The notes under the pieces: model-generated
The model's input: only the letters and a program-made list of their open reading frames with translations
The model's database searches: none
Told to the model about the DNA's origin: nothing
Translations under genes and position numbers: made by a program
Part shown: in pieces, positions 1 through 10,225 of the stretch
Layout: each line of letters begins with the position of its first letter
Position numbering within the stretch: position 1 is the first letter of the stretch
Assembly: GCA_903921205.1 (NCBI GenBank)
Contig: CAIXPF010000139.1
Coordinates: 71,733 to 135,732 of the forward strand
Source: an uncultured Acidimicrobiia bacterium
GTDB lineage: Bacteria > Actinomycetota > Acidimicrobiia > Acidimicrobiales > CAIXPF01
Length of the DNA stretch: 64,000 nt
Reading direction: 5' to 3'

Positions 1-552
1 CGGATCCGCGGGACCGATTTCGAGCTGCTCGACGTGTTGCCCTCGGACCGGGAGCTGCGCAACGTCGAGTTCGCCTTCGACGCGGCCAAGCACCGCACCG
101 GCCGGGTCCGACGGGTGGTGGAGGAACTACGGCGCGAGAACTACGAGCTGATCTTCATCGACTGCCCACCGTCCTCGTCGCTGCTCGCGGAGAACATCTT
201 CGCTGCGGCCGACCTCTTGCTGGTCCCGGTGGTGCCCACCACCCTGTCGGTACGGACCCTGGAACAGCTCGATGAAACCCTGGCCGCGCTGAAGGGCCCC
301 GTTCCCGAGGTGCTGGTGTTCTTCTCGATGGTCGACGGTCGCAAGAACCTCCACGCCGAGTTGATCGCCGCGCTGCGGGCCGAGCGGACCGATGTCGCCG
401 AGGCGTTGATCCCCTCGGCCACCGAGGTGGAGCTGATGGGCACGACGCGGCGACCGGTGACCGCCACCGCGCCCACCAGCGTGGCCGGAATGGCCTATGC
501 GCAGTTGTGGGACGAGCTGGTCGGGCGGGGGTACACTGAGCTCACGCTTTAG
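1..552 (+). CDS. ParA/Soj-family ATPase, C-terminal part (5' end outside window)
   Basis: The frame is open from base 1. The translation ...YELIFIDCPPSSSLLAENIFAAADLLLVPVVPTTLSVRTLEQL... is typical of the ParA/MinD-type deviant Walker ATPase core and C-terminus. High GC3 codon usage. Confidence 0.75.
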   Translation, partial: RIRGTDFELLDVLPSDRELRNVEFAFDAAKHRTGRVRRVVEELRRENYELIFIDCPPSSSLLAENIFAAADLLLVPVVPTTLSVRTLEQLDETLAALKGPVPEVLVFFSMVDGRKNLHAELIAALRAERTDVAEALIPSATEVELMGTTRRPVTATAPTSVAGMAYAQLWDELVGRGYTELTL

Positions 553-554
553 GT

Positions 555-730
555 CGTGCGGGAGAGAGCAGGCTTCGTCCGAGCCTGCCGCCGAAGGAGC
601 AACCGCCCCGGAAACTCTCAGGCACCCGGACCGCACAGACCCGGCGTCTCTGGAGAGCAACGTCCTCGGGCGTTCACCGTCGGAGTAAGCCCGGTTGGGT
701 GAAACTCTCAGGTTCCGACACAGAGGGGGC
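555..730 (+). promoter_or_regulatory. Tandem glycine riboswitch (two aptamers) in the gcvT leader
   Basis: There are two consecutive aptamer-like units. Unit 1 reads cGGGAGAGagcaggc...gcctgCCGCCGAAGGAGCAAccgcc..ggAAACTCTCAGGCAcccGGACcgcacag. Unit 2 reads tCTGGAGAGcaacg...cgttCACCGTCGGAGTAAgccc..gggtGAAACTCTCAGGTTccGACAcagag. Both match the conserved GGAGAG / CCGAAGG(G/A)GCAA / CUCAGGCAaaaGGAC blocks of the glycine riboswitch, directly upstream of glycine-cleavage genes. Confidence 0.85.
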
Positions 731-756
731 ATCCCGACAGATGCGCGCCCCCACCG

Positions 757-1890
757 GTGAGGAACCTACCCGTGATCGACGAGTTGCCGACCAACCCGCT
801 GCGACGGACCGTGCTGCACGAGTTGCACCGGCGCCACGGTGGCCGCTTCGGCGCCTTCGCCGGCTGGGACATGCCGATCCGGTACGCCGCCGGCCCGGTG
901 GCCGAGCACCAGCAATGTCGCGCGTCCGCGGCACTGTTCGATGTGAGCCACATGACCGTGGTCGATCTGCGCGGTCCCGGTCTGCTCGCGGCGCTCGAGC
1001 AGCTGATGCCGGCCGATCTGCGGGCCGCGGTCCCCGGTCGCCTGGTGTACTCGTTCCTCACCGACGACGACGGCGGCATCCTCGACGACCTGATGGTCTG
1101 CAAACGCGACGCCGACGCCGTGCGCATCGTCCTGAACGCTGCGACCACCGTCGCCGACCTGGCGTACCTGACCGAGCGGCTGCCCGTTACGTGCGCGATC
1201 GATGCCCGTCGCGATCTGGCCCTGGTGGCGCTGCAGGGCCCGCGCGCCGAGGAGGTGCTGGCCGGCTTCGACCCGTCGGTGCGGGGGCTCACCTTCCTGC
1301 ACGAGGGCCGGATCGACCTCGGTGACCATCCGGTGGAGCTGTCCCGGTCGGGCTACACCGGTGGGGACGGCTTCGAGCTCGCCCTGCCGGCGTCGGCCGC
1401 GCCGGAGCTGGTCGAGCTGCTCCTGGGCCGGCCCGAGGTCGATCTGGCGGGCCTGGCGGCGCGTGACTCGTTGCGGCTCGAAGCGGGCCTGTGCCTGTAC
1501 GGCCACGATCTCGATCCCACCACCACGCCGATCGAGGCCGGTCTGCAGTGGGCGGTGCCGAGGAGCCGGCGGGGGGCCGATGCCGGGTCCCGCGGTGCGG
1601 CGACCATCGCCCGTCAGCTCCTCGAGGGACCACCGCGACGTCGGGTCGGCCTGAAGCCGGTGGGCCGCCGACCGGTGCGCGAAGGTGCCGTACTGCGTCT
1701 CGACGGGGCCGAGCTCGGCTCGGTGACCAGTGGCGGCTACAGCCCGGTGCTCGCCGCACCGGTGGCCATGGGCTACGTCGCGGCGGCCCATGCGCAGCCC
1801 GATGCCGTGCTCGAGGCGGTGACCGACGACCGTGCCGAACCGTGCCGGATCGTCCCGCTGCCGTTCGTGGCCAAGGACTATCACCGCTGA
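757..1890 (+). CDS. gcvT: Glycine cleavage system aminomethyltransferase (T protein)
   Basis: The 377-aa ORF begins ...[30 protein letters not shown]... and is full length and GcvT-like. It follows a glycine riboswitch. The start could be GTG 757 or GTG 772. Confidence 0.9.
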   Translation: MRNLPVIDELPTNPLRRTVLHELHRRHGGRFGAFAGWDMPIRYAAGPVAEHQQCRASAALFDVSHMTVVDLRGPGLLAALEQLMPADLRAAVPGRLVYSFLTDDDGGILDDLMVCKRDADAVRIVLNAATTVADLAYLTERLPVTCAIDARRDLALVALQGPRAEEVLAGFDPSVRGLTFLHEGRIDLGDHPVELSRSGYTGGDGFELALPASAAPELVELLLGRPEVDLAGLAARDSLRLEAGLCLYGHDLDPTTTPIEAGLQWAVPRSRRGADAGSRGAATIARQLLEGPPRRRVGLKPVGRRPVREGAVLRLDGAELGSVTSGGYSPVLAAPVAMGYVAAAHAQPDAVLEAVTDDRAEPCRIVPLPFVAKDYHR

Positions 1891-1949
1891 CGCCGGTTCC
1901 CGGCACCCCTATTGATCTGCATCCGAACCTGAACAAAGGACCTGCACCG

Positions 1950-4781
1950 ATGAGCGACCGTGTCGCCCTGCGAGAGCTGCAAGACCTCGCCGGTTTCCGC
2001 CGACGTCACCTGGGACTCGACGACGAGGCCCGGGCGTTGATGCTGCGGGCCCTGTCGCTGCCCAGCCTCGAGGCCCTCATCGACGACGCCATACCCGAAG
2101 GTATTCGCCGCCGTGAGCCGTTGGATCTTCCGGCGGCGCGCACCGAGAGCGAGGTGCTCGCCGAGCTGGTCCGTCTGGCCGACCGCAACGAGGTCTACAC
2201 GTCGCTGCTCGGTGGTGGCTACACCGACACCATCACCCCGCCGGTGATCCAGCGCAACATCGCGGAGAACCCGGCCTGGTACACGGCGTACACGCCCTAC
2301 CAACCCGAGATCTCCCAGGGCCGCCTCGAGGCGTTACTGAACTACCAGACGGTCATCAGCGACCTGACTGCGCTCGACCTGGCCAACGCGTCCATGCTCG
2401 ACGAGGGCACGGCGGCAGCCGAGGCGATGGCCCTGTGTCACCGGGCGGTCAAGAACCCGTCCGACGTCTTCTTCGTCGACGCCGATTGCCATCGGTCGAC
2501 CATCGACGTGGTCAGGACCCGCGCCGAACCGATCGGTATCGAGATCCGGGTCGGTGATCCCTTCACCGACTTCGTGCCGGGCGAGTGCTTCGGCGTTCTG
2601 CTGCAATACCCCGGTACCAGTGGTGCCCTGCGTGATCCCTCGTCGGTGATCGAGGCGACCCACGCTGCGGGCGCGTTGGTCGTGATGGCCGCAGACCTGC
2701 TCGGTCTGACGCTGCTGCGTCCCCCCGGCGAGCTCGGTGCCGATGTCGCGGTCGGGACCTCGCAGCGTTTCGGTGTGCCGCTCGGTTTCGGTGGACCCCA
2801 TGCCGGATACCTTGCGGTACGCGACGCCCATCGGCGGATGATGCCGGGCCGATTGGTCGGTGCTTCGGTCGATGCCGCCGGTCGGCCGGCCCTGCGTCTC
2901 GCCCTGCAGACCAGGGAGCAGCACATCCGCCGGGAGAAGGCGACGTCGAACATCTGCACCGCCCAGGTGCTGCTGGCGGTCATGGCGGCGATGTACGCCT
3001 CCTATCACGGCCCGGACGGCCTGCGTCGTATCGCCCGGCGGGTCCACCGCCTGACCACGATCCTGGCGGACGGGTTGCGGGCCGGCGGGTACGAGCTGAC
3101 CTCGGACGCCTTCTTCGACACCCTCAGCGTGCGCACGCCGGGGCGGGCGGACGAGGTGGTGACCGCGGCCCGGACCCGGCGGATCAACGTGCGGCGAATC
3201 GACGCCGATTCGGTGGGCATGACCCTCGACGAGACGACGACGGTGCAGGTCGTGGTCGATCTGTGGGAGGCCTTCGGTGTCGCCGCTGGGCTCGACATCG
3301 ACACGCTCGACGCAGCGGGACATGACGCCATACCGGACGCCCTGGTACGTACCAGTGAGTATCTCACCCATCCGGTGTTCAACCGGTTCCACTCCGAGAC
3401 CGAGATGCTGCGCTACCTGCGGCGCCTCGCCGACAAGGACTATGCGCTCGACCGCGGCATGATCCCGCTGGGCAGCTGCACCATGAAGCTGAACGCCACG
3501 ACCGAGATGATGCCGGTCACCTGGCCGAAGTTCTCGCGCATCCATCCACTCGCCCCGGCAGACCAGACCGAGGGGTATCGCCGGCTCATCGACGAGCTGG
3601 AACGTCACCTCTGCGCGGTCACCGGGTACGCCGCGGTCTCGCTGCAGCCCAATGCCGGATCGCAGGGAGAGCTGGCCGGGCTGTTGGCCATCCGGGCCTA
3701 CCATCACAGCCGCGGTGATGCCGGCCGCACGGTGTGCCTGATCCCGTCGTCGGCCCACGGCACCAACGCGGCGTCGGCGGTGATGGCCGGGTTCCGGGTG
3801 GTCGTCGTGGCCTGCGACGACCAGGGCAACGTCGAGATGGCCGACCTGCGGGCCAAGGCCGAGGCCCACGCCGCCGAGCTGGCCGCAGTCATGGTCACCT
3901 ATCCGTCGACGCACGGGGTCTTCGAGGAAGCCATCACCGAACTGTGCGACATCGTGCACGCCAACGGCGGCCAGGTGTATGTCGACGGGGCCAACCTCAA
4001 CGCCCTGGTCGGCCTGGCGAAGCCGGGCGCATTCGGGGCCGACGTGTCGCACCTCAACCTGCACAAGACGTTCTGCATCCCCCATGGCGGTGGCGGTCCC
4101 GGGGTGGGTCCCGTTGCGGTCGGTCCGCACCTGGCGGCGTTCCTGCCTGGTTCGGAGGCGGTGCCGGCCATCAGCGCCGCGCCGTTCGGGTCGGCGGGCA
4201 TCCTGCCCATCAGCTGGGCCTACATCGCCCTGATGGGCGGTGAGGGCCTCACCGCGGCCACCGTGGATGCCATCCTGGCGGCGAACTACGTGGCGGCGCG
4301 GCTCGACGCCCATTATCCGGTGCTCTACCGGGGGGCCAACGGCCTGGTGGCCCATGAGTGCATCCTCGATCTGCGGCCGTTGACCGCAGCGACCGGAGTG
4401 AGCGTCGACGACGTGGCCAAACGCCTGATGGACTACGGCTTCCATGCGCCGACCATGAGTTTCCCGGTTGCCGGAACCCTCATGGTCGAGCCCACCGAGA
4501 GCGAGTCGTTGGCCGAGCTCGACCGGTTCTGTGACGCCATGGTGGCCATCCGCTCGGAGATCGACCGTGACCCGTCGATCCTGCATCACGCACCGCACAC
4601 CGCGGCCGACCTGCTGGCGGAGAGCTGGGAGCGCAGCTACAGCCGCGAGCAGGCTGCGTACCCGCTGCCCGGTCAGCGCGAAGCGAAGTACTGGCCGCCC
4701 GTCGGCCGGATCGACGGCGCGTACGGTGATCGCCACCTGGTCTGCAGCTGTGCCCCGATCGAGGCGTACGCCTCGAGCTGA
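1950..4781 (+). CDS. gcvP: Glycine dehydrogenase (decarboxylating), single-chain P protein
   Basis: The ORF from ATG 1950 ([22 protein letters not shown]...) is 943 aa and contains the typical GcvP blocks ([45 protein letters not shown]). The longer track ORF starting at 1491 overlaps gcvT and is rejected. Confidence 0.95.
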   Translation: MSDRVALRELQDLAGFRRRHLGLDDEARALMLRALSLPSLEALIDDAIPEGIRRREPLDLPAARTESEVLAELVRLADRNEVYTSLLGGGYTDTITPPVIQRNIAENPAWYTAYTPYQPEISQGRLEALLNYQTVISDLTALDLANASMLDEGTAAAEAMALCHRAVKNPSDVFFVDADCHRSTIDVVRTRAEPIGIEIRVGDPFTDFVPGECFGVLLQYPGTSGALRDPSSVIEATHAAGALVVMAADLLGLTLLRPPGELGADVAVGTSQRFGVPLGFGGPHAGYLAVRDAHRRMMPGRLVGASVDAAGRPALRLALQTREQHIRREKATSNICTAQVLLAVMAAMYASYHGPDGLRRIARRVHRLTTILADGLRAGGYELTSDAFFDTLSVRTPGRADEVVTAARTRRINVRRIDADSVGMTLDETTTVQVVVDLWEAFGVAAGLDIDTLDAAGHDAIPDALVRTSEYLTHPVFNRFHSETEMLRYLRRLADKDYALDRGMIPLGSCTMKLNATTEMMPVTWPKFSRIHPLAPADQTEGYRRLIDELERHLCAVTGYAAVSLQPNAGSQGELAGLLAIRAYHHSRGDAGRTVCLIPSSAHGTNAASAVMAGFRVVVVACDDQGNVEMADLRAKAEAHAAELAAVMVTYPSTHGVFEEAITELCDIVHANGGQVYVDGANLNALVGLAKPGAFGADVSHLNLHKTFCIPHGGGGPGVGPVAVGPHLAAFLPGSEAVPAISAAPFGSAGILPISWAYIALMGGEGLTAATVDAILAANYVAARLDAHYPVLYRGANGLVAHECILDLRPLTAATGVSVDDVAKRLMDYGFHAPTMSFPVAGTLMVEPTESESLAELDRFCDAMVAIRSEIDRDPSILHHAPHTAADLLAESWERSYSREQAAYPLPGQREAKYWPPVGRIDGAYGDRHLVCSCAPIEAYASS

Positions 4782-4838
4782 GGGTCCGTCCGATGGCACG
4801 GTAAGGTGCAGCTCACACCGGACCACTCGGGGGGATGT

Positions 4839-6044
4839 ATGGCCGTCGCACAGAGCTCAGCCCGGATCGGGGCGTCGAAGGGGTTCACCTACACGACCTT
4901 CACGGCCGCCGAGGAGGCGCTCAAGCAGGAGGTACGTGAGTTCCTCCGTGCCGAGCTGCCCACCGGCTCCTACCGGCCGTGCCTCGGCATGTCGGCCGAC
5001 CACGACGGCGAGTTCACCAAGAAGATGGCGGCGCGTGGATGGGTCGGCATGTCGGTCCCGACCCGCTACGGCGGCCCCGCCCGCTCCGCCGTCGACCGGT
5101 TCATCGTGGTCGAGGAGATGTTGAAGGCCGGCGCGCCGATCGGCGCCCACTGGGTCGCCGATCGCCAGAGCGCCCCGACGATCATGCGGTTCGGGACCGA
5201 CGAGCAGCGCGAGAAGTTCCTGCCGGCGATCGCCCGCGGCGAGATGTGGTTCTCCATCGGCATGTCCGAACCGGATGCCGGGTCGGACCTCGCCGCGGTA
5301 CGGACCACCGCCACCCGGACCGACGGTGGCTGGCTGCTCAACGGCACCAAGATCTGGACGTCCAACGCGATGCAGAACCACTGGTTCATCGTGCTGTGCC
5401 GCACCAGTCCCAACGAGGGGGACCGTCACGAGGGTCTGTCGCAGTTCCTGGTGGAGCTGCACGGGACGCCCGGTCTGCAGATCAACCCGATCGCCTTCCT
5501 CGACGGCACCTACCACTTCAACGAGGTGGTGATGACCGATGTGTTCGTGCCCGACGAGCAGGTGCTCGGTGAGATCGGCCGCGGCTGGTCGCAGGTCAAC
5601 TCCGAGCTCGCCTACGAGCGGGCCGGGCCGGACCGGTTCCTGTCGGTGTACTCGACGTTCGAGCAGCTACTGCGCGAGAAGCTGGCCGAGGGCGAGCTCG
5701 ACGCCCGTTCCTACGACGCTTTCGGCCGGATCACGGCCCGGTACTGGGCGCTGCGGAACCTGTCCTTCTCCATCTCGCGGACCATCGACCAGGGTGGTGC
5801 CCCGGCGGTCGAGGCGTCGATCGTGAAGGACCTCGGTACCAGCTTCGAGCAGGAGATGATCGCCCTGCTGCACGACCTGTGGGACGACGAGGAGCCGAGC
5901 CAGGAAGCGGCGACGCTGGGCAACCGGCTGCTGGCGGCATGCATCCTGACCGGGCCGAGCTTCACCATCCGTGGTGGCACCAACGAGATCCTTCGGACCG
6001 TTGCCAACAAGGGCCTCGCGGCATGGCACGGGGTGAGTCGATGA
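4839..6044 (+). CDS. Acyl-CoA dehydrogenase family protein
   Basis: ACAD-like sequence (WFSIGMSEPDAGSDLAAVRTTA, GTKIWTSNA, TIRGGTNEILR). ATG 4839 is preceded by a G-rich RBS. The stop overlaps the next start (ATGA). Confidence 0.85.
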   Translation: MAVAQSSARIGASKGFTYTTFTAAEEALKQEVREFLRAELPTGSYRPCLGMSADHDGEFTKKMAARGWVGMSVPTRYGGPARSAVDRFIVVEEMLKAGAPIGAHWVADRQSAPTIMRFGTDEQREKFLPAIARGEMWFSIGMSEPDAGSDLAAVRTTATRTDGGWLLNGTKIWTSNAMQNHWFIVLCRTSPNEGDRHEGLSQFLVELHGTPGLQINPIAFLDGTYHFNEVVMTDVFVPDEQVLGEIGRGWSQVNSELAYERAGPDRFLSVYSTFEQLLREKLAEGELDARSYDAFGRITARYWALRNLSFSISRTIDQGGAPAVEASIVKDLGTSFEQEMIALLHDLWDDEEPSQEAATLGNRLLAACILTGPSFTIRGGTNEILRTVANKGLAAWHGVSR

Positions 6045-7144
6045 GCGGCCAGGGGAACTTCGACGGTGCGGACGAGTACACGGTGGAGGTGGCCGATCCG
6101 CTGCTGATGGAGACGCTGCACCGTCTGTTCACCCAGACCTGCAGCCACGAGGTCATCCAGGCGGCCGAGACGGCCGGTTGGGCCGACACGATCTGGGAGC
6201 CGCTCGCCGGTACCGGGGCCCCGTGGGTCGGGGTCGACGAGGCGGTCGGTGGCTCGGGCGGCAGCCTGGTCGACGCCGTCGGGGTACTGAAGCTCGCCGG
6301 CCGGTACACCGTGCCGTTGCCCGTCGCGGAGACCGGTCTGCTCGGCGGCTGGCTGGCCGGCGCGGCGGGTCTGGCGCTGCCGGAGGGCCCGCTCACCGTG
6401 GTTCCCGGCCGGCCGCAGGACCGACTGACCCTCGATGGCGACACCCTCAGCGGGGTGGCGCAGCGCGTCCCGTGGGCGGCCAAGGCCACCTACATCCTGG
6501 CGATCGTCGGTGACGAGATCATCGCCGTGCAGCCGGGGGCCGACGGGGTGGACATCGAGACGGTCCGCAACCTCGCCGGTGAACCACGCGAGACCGTTCG
6601 CTTCGAGCGCGCCCCATTGGCCCATCGGGCCACGGCTCCCGCGGGTGTCGATGCCGCGGCGTTGCGGCGCCGTGGGGCGTTGTGCCGCAGCGCCCAGATC
6701 GCCGGGGCCTGCGAGCGCATCGCCGAGCTGACGGTGGAGTACGCCGGTCAGCGCTCGCAGTTCGGTCAGAAGATCAACCGGTTCCAGGCGGTGGCAGCAC
6801 ATCTGGTGCGGCTGAGCTCCGAGGCGACGTTGATCGGCATGGCCCTCGACGCCACGACCTACGCCATCGGGCAAGGCGACGCTGCGTTCGAGATCGCCTC
6901 GCTCAAGTCGATCGCCGGCGACAGCGGCAGCGACGTGATCGCCCGGGCCCACCAGGTGCACGGGGCGATCGGGATGACCCGCGAGTTCGTGCTGCACCAT
7001 CTGTCCCGTCGGGTGATGTCCTGGCGGGAGGAGTTCGGCTCCACCTCGTGGTGGCGCGAAGAGCTCGGCCGGATGGTCGGTGGCGTCGGGGCCGACGCCC
7101 TGTGGCCGCTGATCAGCGAGGGGTCTGCTTCCCTGCAACGCTGA
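6041..7144 (+). CDS. Acyl-CoA dehydrogenase-like protein, probable partner subunit
   Basis: ATG 6041 overlaps the upstream stop by 4 nt. The C-terminal ACAD helical domain is recognisable (QFGQKINRFQAVAAHL, HQVHGAIGMTREF). Confidence 0.8.
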   Translation: MSGQGNFDGADEYTVEVADPLLMETLHRLFTQTCSHEVIQAAETAGWADTIWEPLAGTGAPWVGVDEAVGGSGGSLVDAVGVLKLAGRYTVPLPVAETGLLGGWLAGAAGLALPEGPLTVVPGRPQDRLTLDGDTLSGVAQRVPWAAKATYILAIVGDEIIAVQPGADGVDIETVRNLAGEPRETVRFERAPLAHRATAPAGVDAAALRRRGALCRSAQIAGACERIAELTVEYAGQRSQFGQKINRFQAVAAHLVRLSSEATLIGMALDATTYAIGQGDAAFEIASLKSIAGDSGSDVIARAHQVHGAIGMTREFVLHHLSRRVMSWREEFGSTSWWREELGRMVGGVGADALWPLISEGSASLQR

Positions 7145-7200
7145 CCGTTCGACCGTTGCCCGGGCCCGGCCTGGCGTCGACTCTCCTAGGATCGGATGCC

Positions 7201-8118
7201 ATGTCGGGCACCGGGCACGGAAAACGGGCGATCTTTGCGGCGTTCGCGGCCAACCTCGGGATCGCGGTGGCGAAGTTCATCGGCTTCCTGCTGACCCGGT
7301 CGTCGTCGCTGCTGGCGGAAGCGGTCCACTCCCTGGCCGATACCGGCAACCAGGGCCTGCTGCTGCTCGGCGATCACCGGGCCCGACGTGCGCCCGACGC
7401 GAGCCATCCCTTCGGCTACGGGCGGGAGCGGTACTTCTGGGCCTTCGTGGTGGCGCTCGTGCTGTTCATCGGCGGGGCGGCGTTCGCCATCTACGAGGGG
7501 ATCGCCAAGATCCGTCATCCGCACGCCATCGAATCGGCTCCGATCGCCATGGGGATCCTGGTCGTCGCCATGGTGTTGGAGGGCGGTTCGTTCGCCACCG
7601 CGGTCAAGGAGGCGTCGGCAGTGCGCCGTGGCCGCAGCCTGGTCCGCTACATCCGCGAGTCGCGGGCGCCGGAGTTGCCGGTGGTGCTGCTCGAGGACGC
7701 CGGGGCGCTGATCGGCCTGGTCCTGGCCCTCCTCGGGGTGGTGCTCAGCGTCACCACCGGTAACCCGGTATTCGACGGCATCGCCACGCTGTGCATCGGC
7801 CTGCTGCTGGGAGTGATCGCCATCACGCTGGCCGTGGAGATGAAGAGCCTGCTCATCGGGGAGTCGGCACTGGTCGAGGACACCGTCGCCATCGAGCGCG
7901 TCCTCGCCGACGATCCGAAGGTCGAGGCGGTCATCCACCTGCGGACCCAGCACCTCGGTCCCGAGGATCTCCTGGTGGCAGCCAAGCTGGCCTTCGATCC
8001 GGCCCTGACCCTGCCGGAGTTGGCGCTGGCGATCGACGCGGCCGAGGTCCGGGTGCGCGCCGAGGTACCGACCGTTCGCCTGATCTACATCGAACCGGAT
8101 CTGCACCGGAACCGGTGA
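7201..8118 (+). CDS. Cation diffusion facilitator (CDF) family metal efflux transporter
   Basis: MSGTGHGKRAIFAAFAANLGIAVAKFIGFLLTRSSSLLAEAVHSLADTGNQ... is the classical CDF TM1-TM2 signature, followed by a C-terminal cytoplasmic domain. Confidence 0.9.
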   Translation: MSGTGHGKRAIFAAFAANLGIAVAKFIGFLLTRSSSLLAEAVHSLADTGNQGLLLLGDHRARRAPDASHPFGYGRERYFWAFVVALVLFIGGAAFAIYEGIAKIRHPHAIESAPIAMGILVVAMVLEGGSFATAVKEASAVRRGRSLVRYIRESRAPELPVVLLEDAGALIGLVLALLGVVLSVTTGNPVFDGIATLCIGLLLGVIAITLAVEMKSLLIGESALVEDTVAIERVLADDPKVEAVIHLRTQHLGPEDLLVAAKLAFDPALTLPELALAIDAAEVRVRAEVPTVRLIYIEPDLHRNR

Positions 8119-8702
8119 TGACGGGGCAACCGCACGCCACCGGGGCTGCACCCGTCGCCGGCTGTCTCCTGCTCGCCACGCCGGTGATCGCAGAGCCGAC
8201 CTTCTTCCGGACCGTGGTGCTGCTGTTGGAGCACGACGACGCGGTGGGTTCGTTGGGCGTGGTGCTGAACCGGCCGATGGAACTCACGGTTGCGGACACC
8301 CTGCCGGAGTGGACCGGGCTGACCAGCCCGCCCGGGGTGCTGTACGCCGGGGGGCCGGTTGCCGAGGGCAGTGCCCTGGCGCTGGGCCGGGTGACCACGA
8401 CCGACCCGCTGCCCGCCGGGGTGACCTCGGTGTTCGGCCCGCTGGCCGTCGTCGATCTCGACACCGAGGTGTCGGTGGCCGGCTCCGTGGTCGGCGAGCT
8501 GCGCCTCTACAGCGGTTATGCCGGATGGGGTCCGGGCCAGTTGCGCAACGAGCTGCGTTCGCAGGCCTGGTGGGTGTTGCCCTCCTTGCCCGGCGACTGG
8601 TTCTCCACCGATCCGTCGGAGCTGTGGTACCGGGTGCTCGGACGCCAGGGCGGTTCGTGGGCGATGTGGGCCCATGCTGCCGAGGACCCCGAGGTCAACT
8701 GA
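8118..8702 (+). CDS. YqgE/AlgH family (UPF0301) protein
   Basis: The ATG overlaps the CDF stop (TGATG). The block LLLATPVIAEPTFFRTVVLLLEHDDAVGSLGVVLNRP is characteristic of YqgE/AlgH. Confidence 0.85.
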   Translation: MTGQPHATGAAPVAGCLLLATPVIAEPTFFRTVVLLLEHDDAVGSLGVVLNRPMELTVADTLPEWTGLTSPPGVLYAGGPVAEGSALALGRVTTTDPLPAGVTSVFGPLAVVDLDTEVSVAGSVVGELRLYSGYAGWGPGQLRNELRSQAWWVLPSLPGDWFSTDPSELWYRVLGRQGGSWAMWAHAAEDPEVN

Positions 8703-8747
8703 CGGGCAGGCCCGACCCTGCCGTGTCCGAAAGGCCCGGCCGGCCGG

Positions 8748-10124
8748 TCACAGGGCCAGCTGCTGCTGCCCGGCCCGTCGGGCCAGGAAGGCGGCCGCCG
8801 CCTGGTCGTGGTCGACGATCGGCGCGGGGTAGTCGGCGGGCCGTCGAGGGCCGGGCACCCGCCAGGGCTGGTGGACCTCCGAGCCGCTCAGCGATGCCAG
8901 TTCCGGCACGTAGCGACGGACATAGTCGCCGCGGGGGTCGAAACGCTCGGCCTGGCGCAGCGGGTTGAACACCCGGTTCGGGCGGGTGTCGTTGCCGGTG
9001 CCGGCGGTCCATTGCCAGTTGGCCGAGTTCTGGGCGATGTCCCCGTCGGTCAGCCACGCCAGGAAGTGGTCGGCCCCGATCCGCCAGTCGACGCCGAGGT
9101 CCTTGACCAGGAACGACGCCGTGATCATACGGGCCCGGTTGTGCATCCAACCCTCGAGGCGCAGTTGGCGCATCCCGGCGTCGACGATGGGGTAGCCGGT
9201 GCGCCCGTCCTTCCAGGCGGCGATCGCCTCGTCGTCGTCGTCCCACACGTCGTGGCGGCTGCGGTAGTCGCGACGGGCGATGTCGGGGAAGGTGGCGGTC
9301 ACCTGGTGGTGGAAGTCCCGCCAGCACAGCTGGCGGATGAAGGCCTCGCTGCCCGGTCGTCCGGCGAGCCGGGTGCACAGGTCGAGCGCCGACAGGCAGC
9401 CGAAGTGCAGATAGGGGCTGAGCTTCGAGGTCCGGTCACCGGCGAGGTCGTCGTGGATGTCCTCGTACCGGGCCAGATGCTCGTCGGCCCAGCGTTCGAG
9501 TTGCCGACGGCCGCGTTGCTCGCCGCCCAGCGGCCGTTGGGGTGAGGTGTGCGCCGGTGTCGGCAGCACGCGGTCGAGCCCGGGACCCACGTCGATCTGC
9601 TCGGGCAGCGAGACGGCGCGTGGAGCGGCGGCGACCGGACGGCGCATCGCCCGCGACCATACTCTGAAGTATGGTGTGAAGACCTTGAAGTGATCGCCGC
9701 CACCGCTGGGCCTGAGTGCGCCGGCCTCGACCACGGCGATGCCGGGATGGCCGATCGCTGCGACACCCGCTGCCGTCGCCGCCATGGTCAGGCGCTGTTG
9801 GCGGCGCTCGGCGTATCGCCCGACGTCGGTGCTGTAGTGGATGCTGTCCGCTCCGACCTCGACGGCGAGCCGCACCGCCTGGTCAACCGGGTCACCCTGT
9901 CGCAGGACGAGGTCGCCGCCGCGCCGGCGGAGTTCGGCGCCGAGCTCCTCGAGGCAGTCGCGCAGGAAGGCCACACGGTTGGGGCTGCCGAAGGGCCCCT
10001 CGACGATGGCCGGGTCCACGACGAACAGCGGGACGACGTGCTCGCTGCGCCGCGCCGCGGTGGCGAGCGCGGGGTGGTCGTGCAGGCGCAGGACGCGGGT
10101 GAACAGGACGACAGAGGTGGCCAT
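8748..10124 (-). CDS. phr: Deoxyribodipyrimidine photolyase / cryptochrome family
   Basis: 458 aa. The N-terminal photolyase domain (VLFTRVLRLHDHPAL) and the FAD-binding C-terminal blocks (WRDF, GYPIVDAGMRQL...GWMHNRARMITASFL, NWQWTAGTG) are present. Confidence 0.9.
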   Translation of the reverse strand: MATSVVLFTRVLRLHDHPALATAARRSEHVVPLFVVDPAIVEGPFGSPNRVAFLRDCLEELGAELRRRGGDLVLRQGDPVDQAVRLAVEVGADSIHYSTDVGRYAERRQQRLTMAATAAGVAAIGHPGIAVVEAGALRPSGGGDHFKVFTPYFRVWSRAMRRPVAAAPRAVSLPEQIDVGPGLDRVLPTPAHTSPQRPLGGEQRGRRQLERWADEHLARYEDIHDDLAGDRTSKLSPYLHFGCLSALDLCTRLAGRPGSEAFIRQLCWRDFHHQVTATFPDIARRDYRSRHDVWDDDDEAIAAWKDGRTGYPIVDAGMRQLRLEGWMHNRARMITASFLVKDLGVDWRIGADHFLAWLTDGDIAQNSANWQWTAGTGNDTRPNRVFNPLRQAERFDPRGDYVRRYVPELASLSGSEVHQPWRVPGPRRPADYPAPIVDHDQAAAAFLARRAGQQQLAL

Positions 10125-10225
10125 TGCTGCAGGAAACTACGGTTGGCTCCTGCGCAATGCCATCCCGGGCGGGTCCGGGTCATGCGGGGACCTGCACCCG
10201 TCTGGTTCTCGACGACCGGCTCGAG

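Noticed and set aside
1491-1949. N-terminal extension of the gcvP ORF (the track ORF starts at 1491).
   Set aside because: The extension overlaps the gcvT coding region in another frame and is Arg/Pro-rich. The conserved GcvP sequence begins at ATG 1950.
2334-2336. Rare TTA leucine codon in gcvP as a bldA-like regulatory signal.
   Set aside because: It is a single occurrence in a housekeeping gene. There is no evidence that this organism uses TTA-dependent regulation.
2334-4826. An 830-aa ORF antisense to gcvP. Similar very long antisense or alternative-frame ORFs include 25470-28766(-), 28838-31576(-), 41458-43815(-), 40932-43691(+), 37226-39289(-) and 5711-7138(-).
   Set aside because: These are typical stop-codon-poor shadow frames of a ~70% GC genome. 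Their translations are Arg/Pro/Gly/Ala-rich low-complexity sequence with no family motifs. Each lies opposite or overlapping a gene with clear family signatures and proper GC3 bias.
8703-8747. Bidirectional terminator between the convergent yqgE and phr genes.
   Set aside because: Only an imperfect short GC-rich pairing (ACGGGCAGG/CCCTGCCGT) is present, without a U-tract on either strand. This is not convincing.
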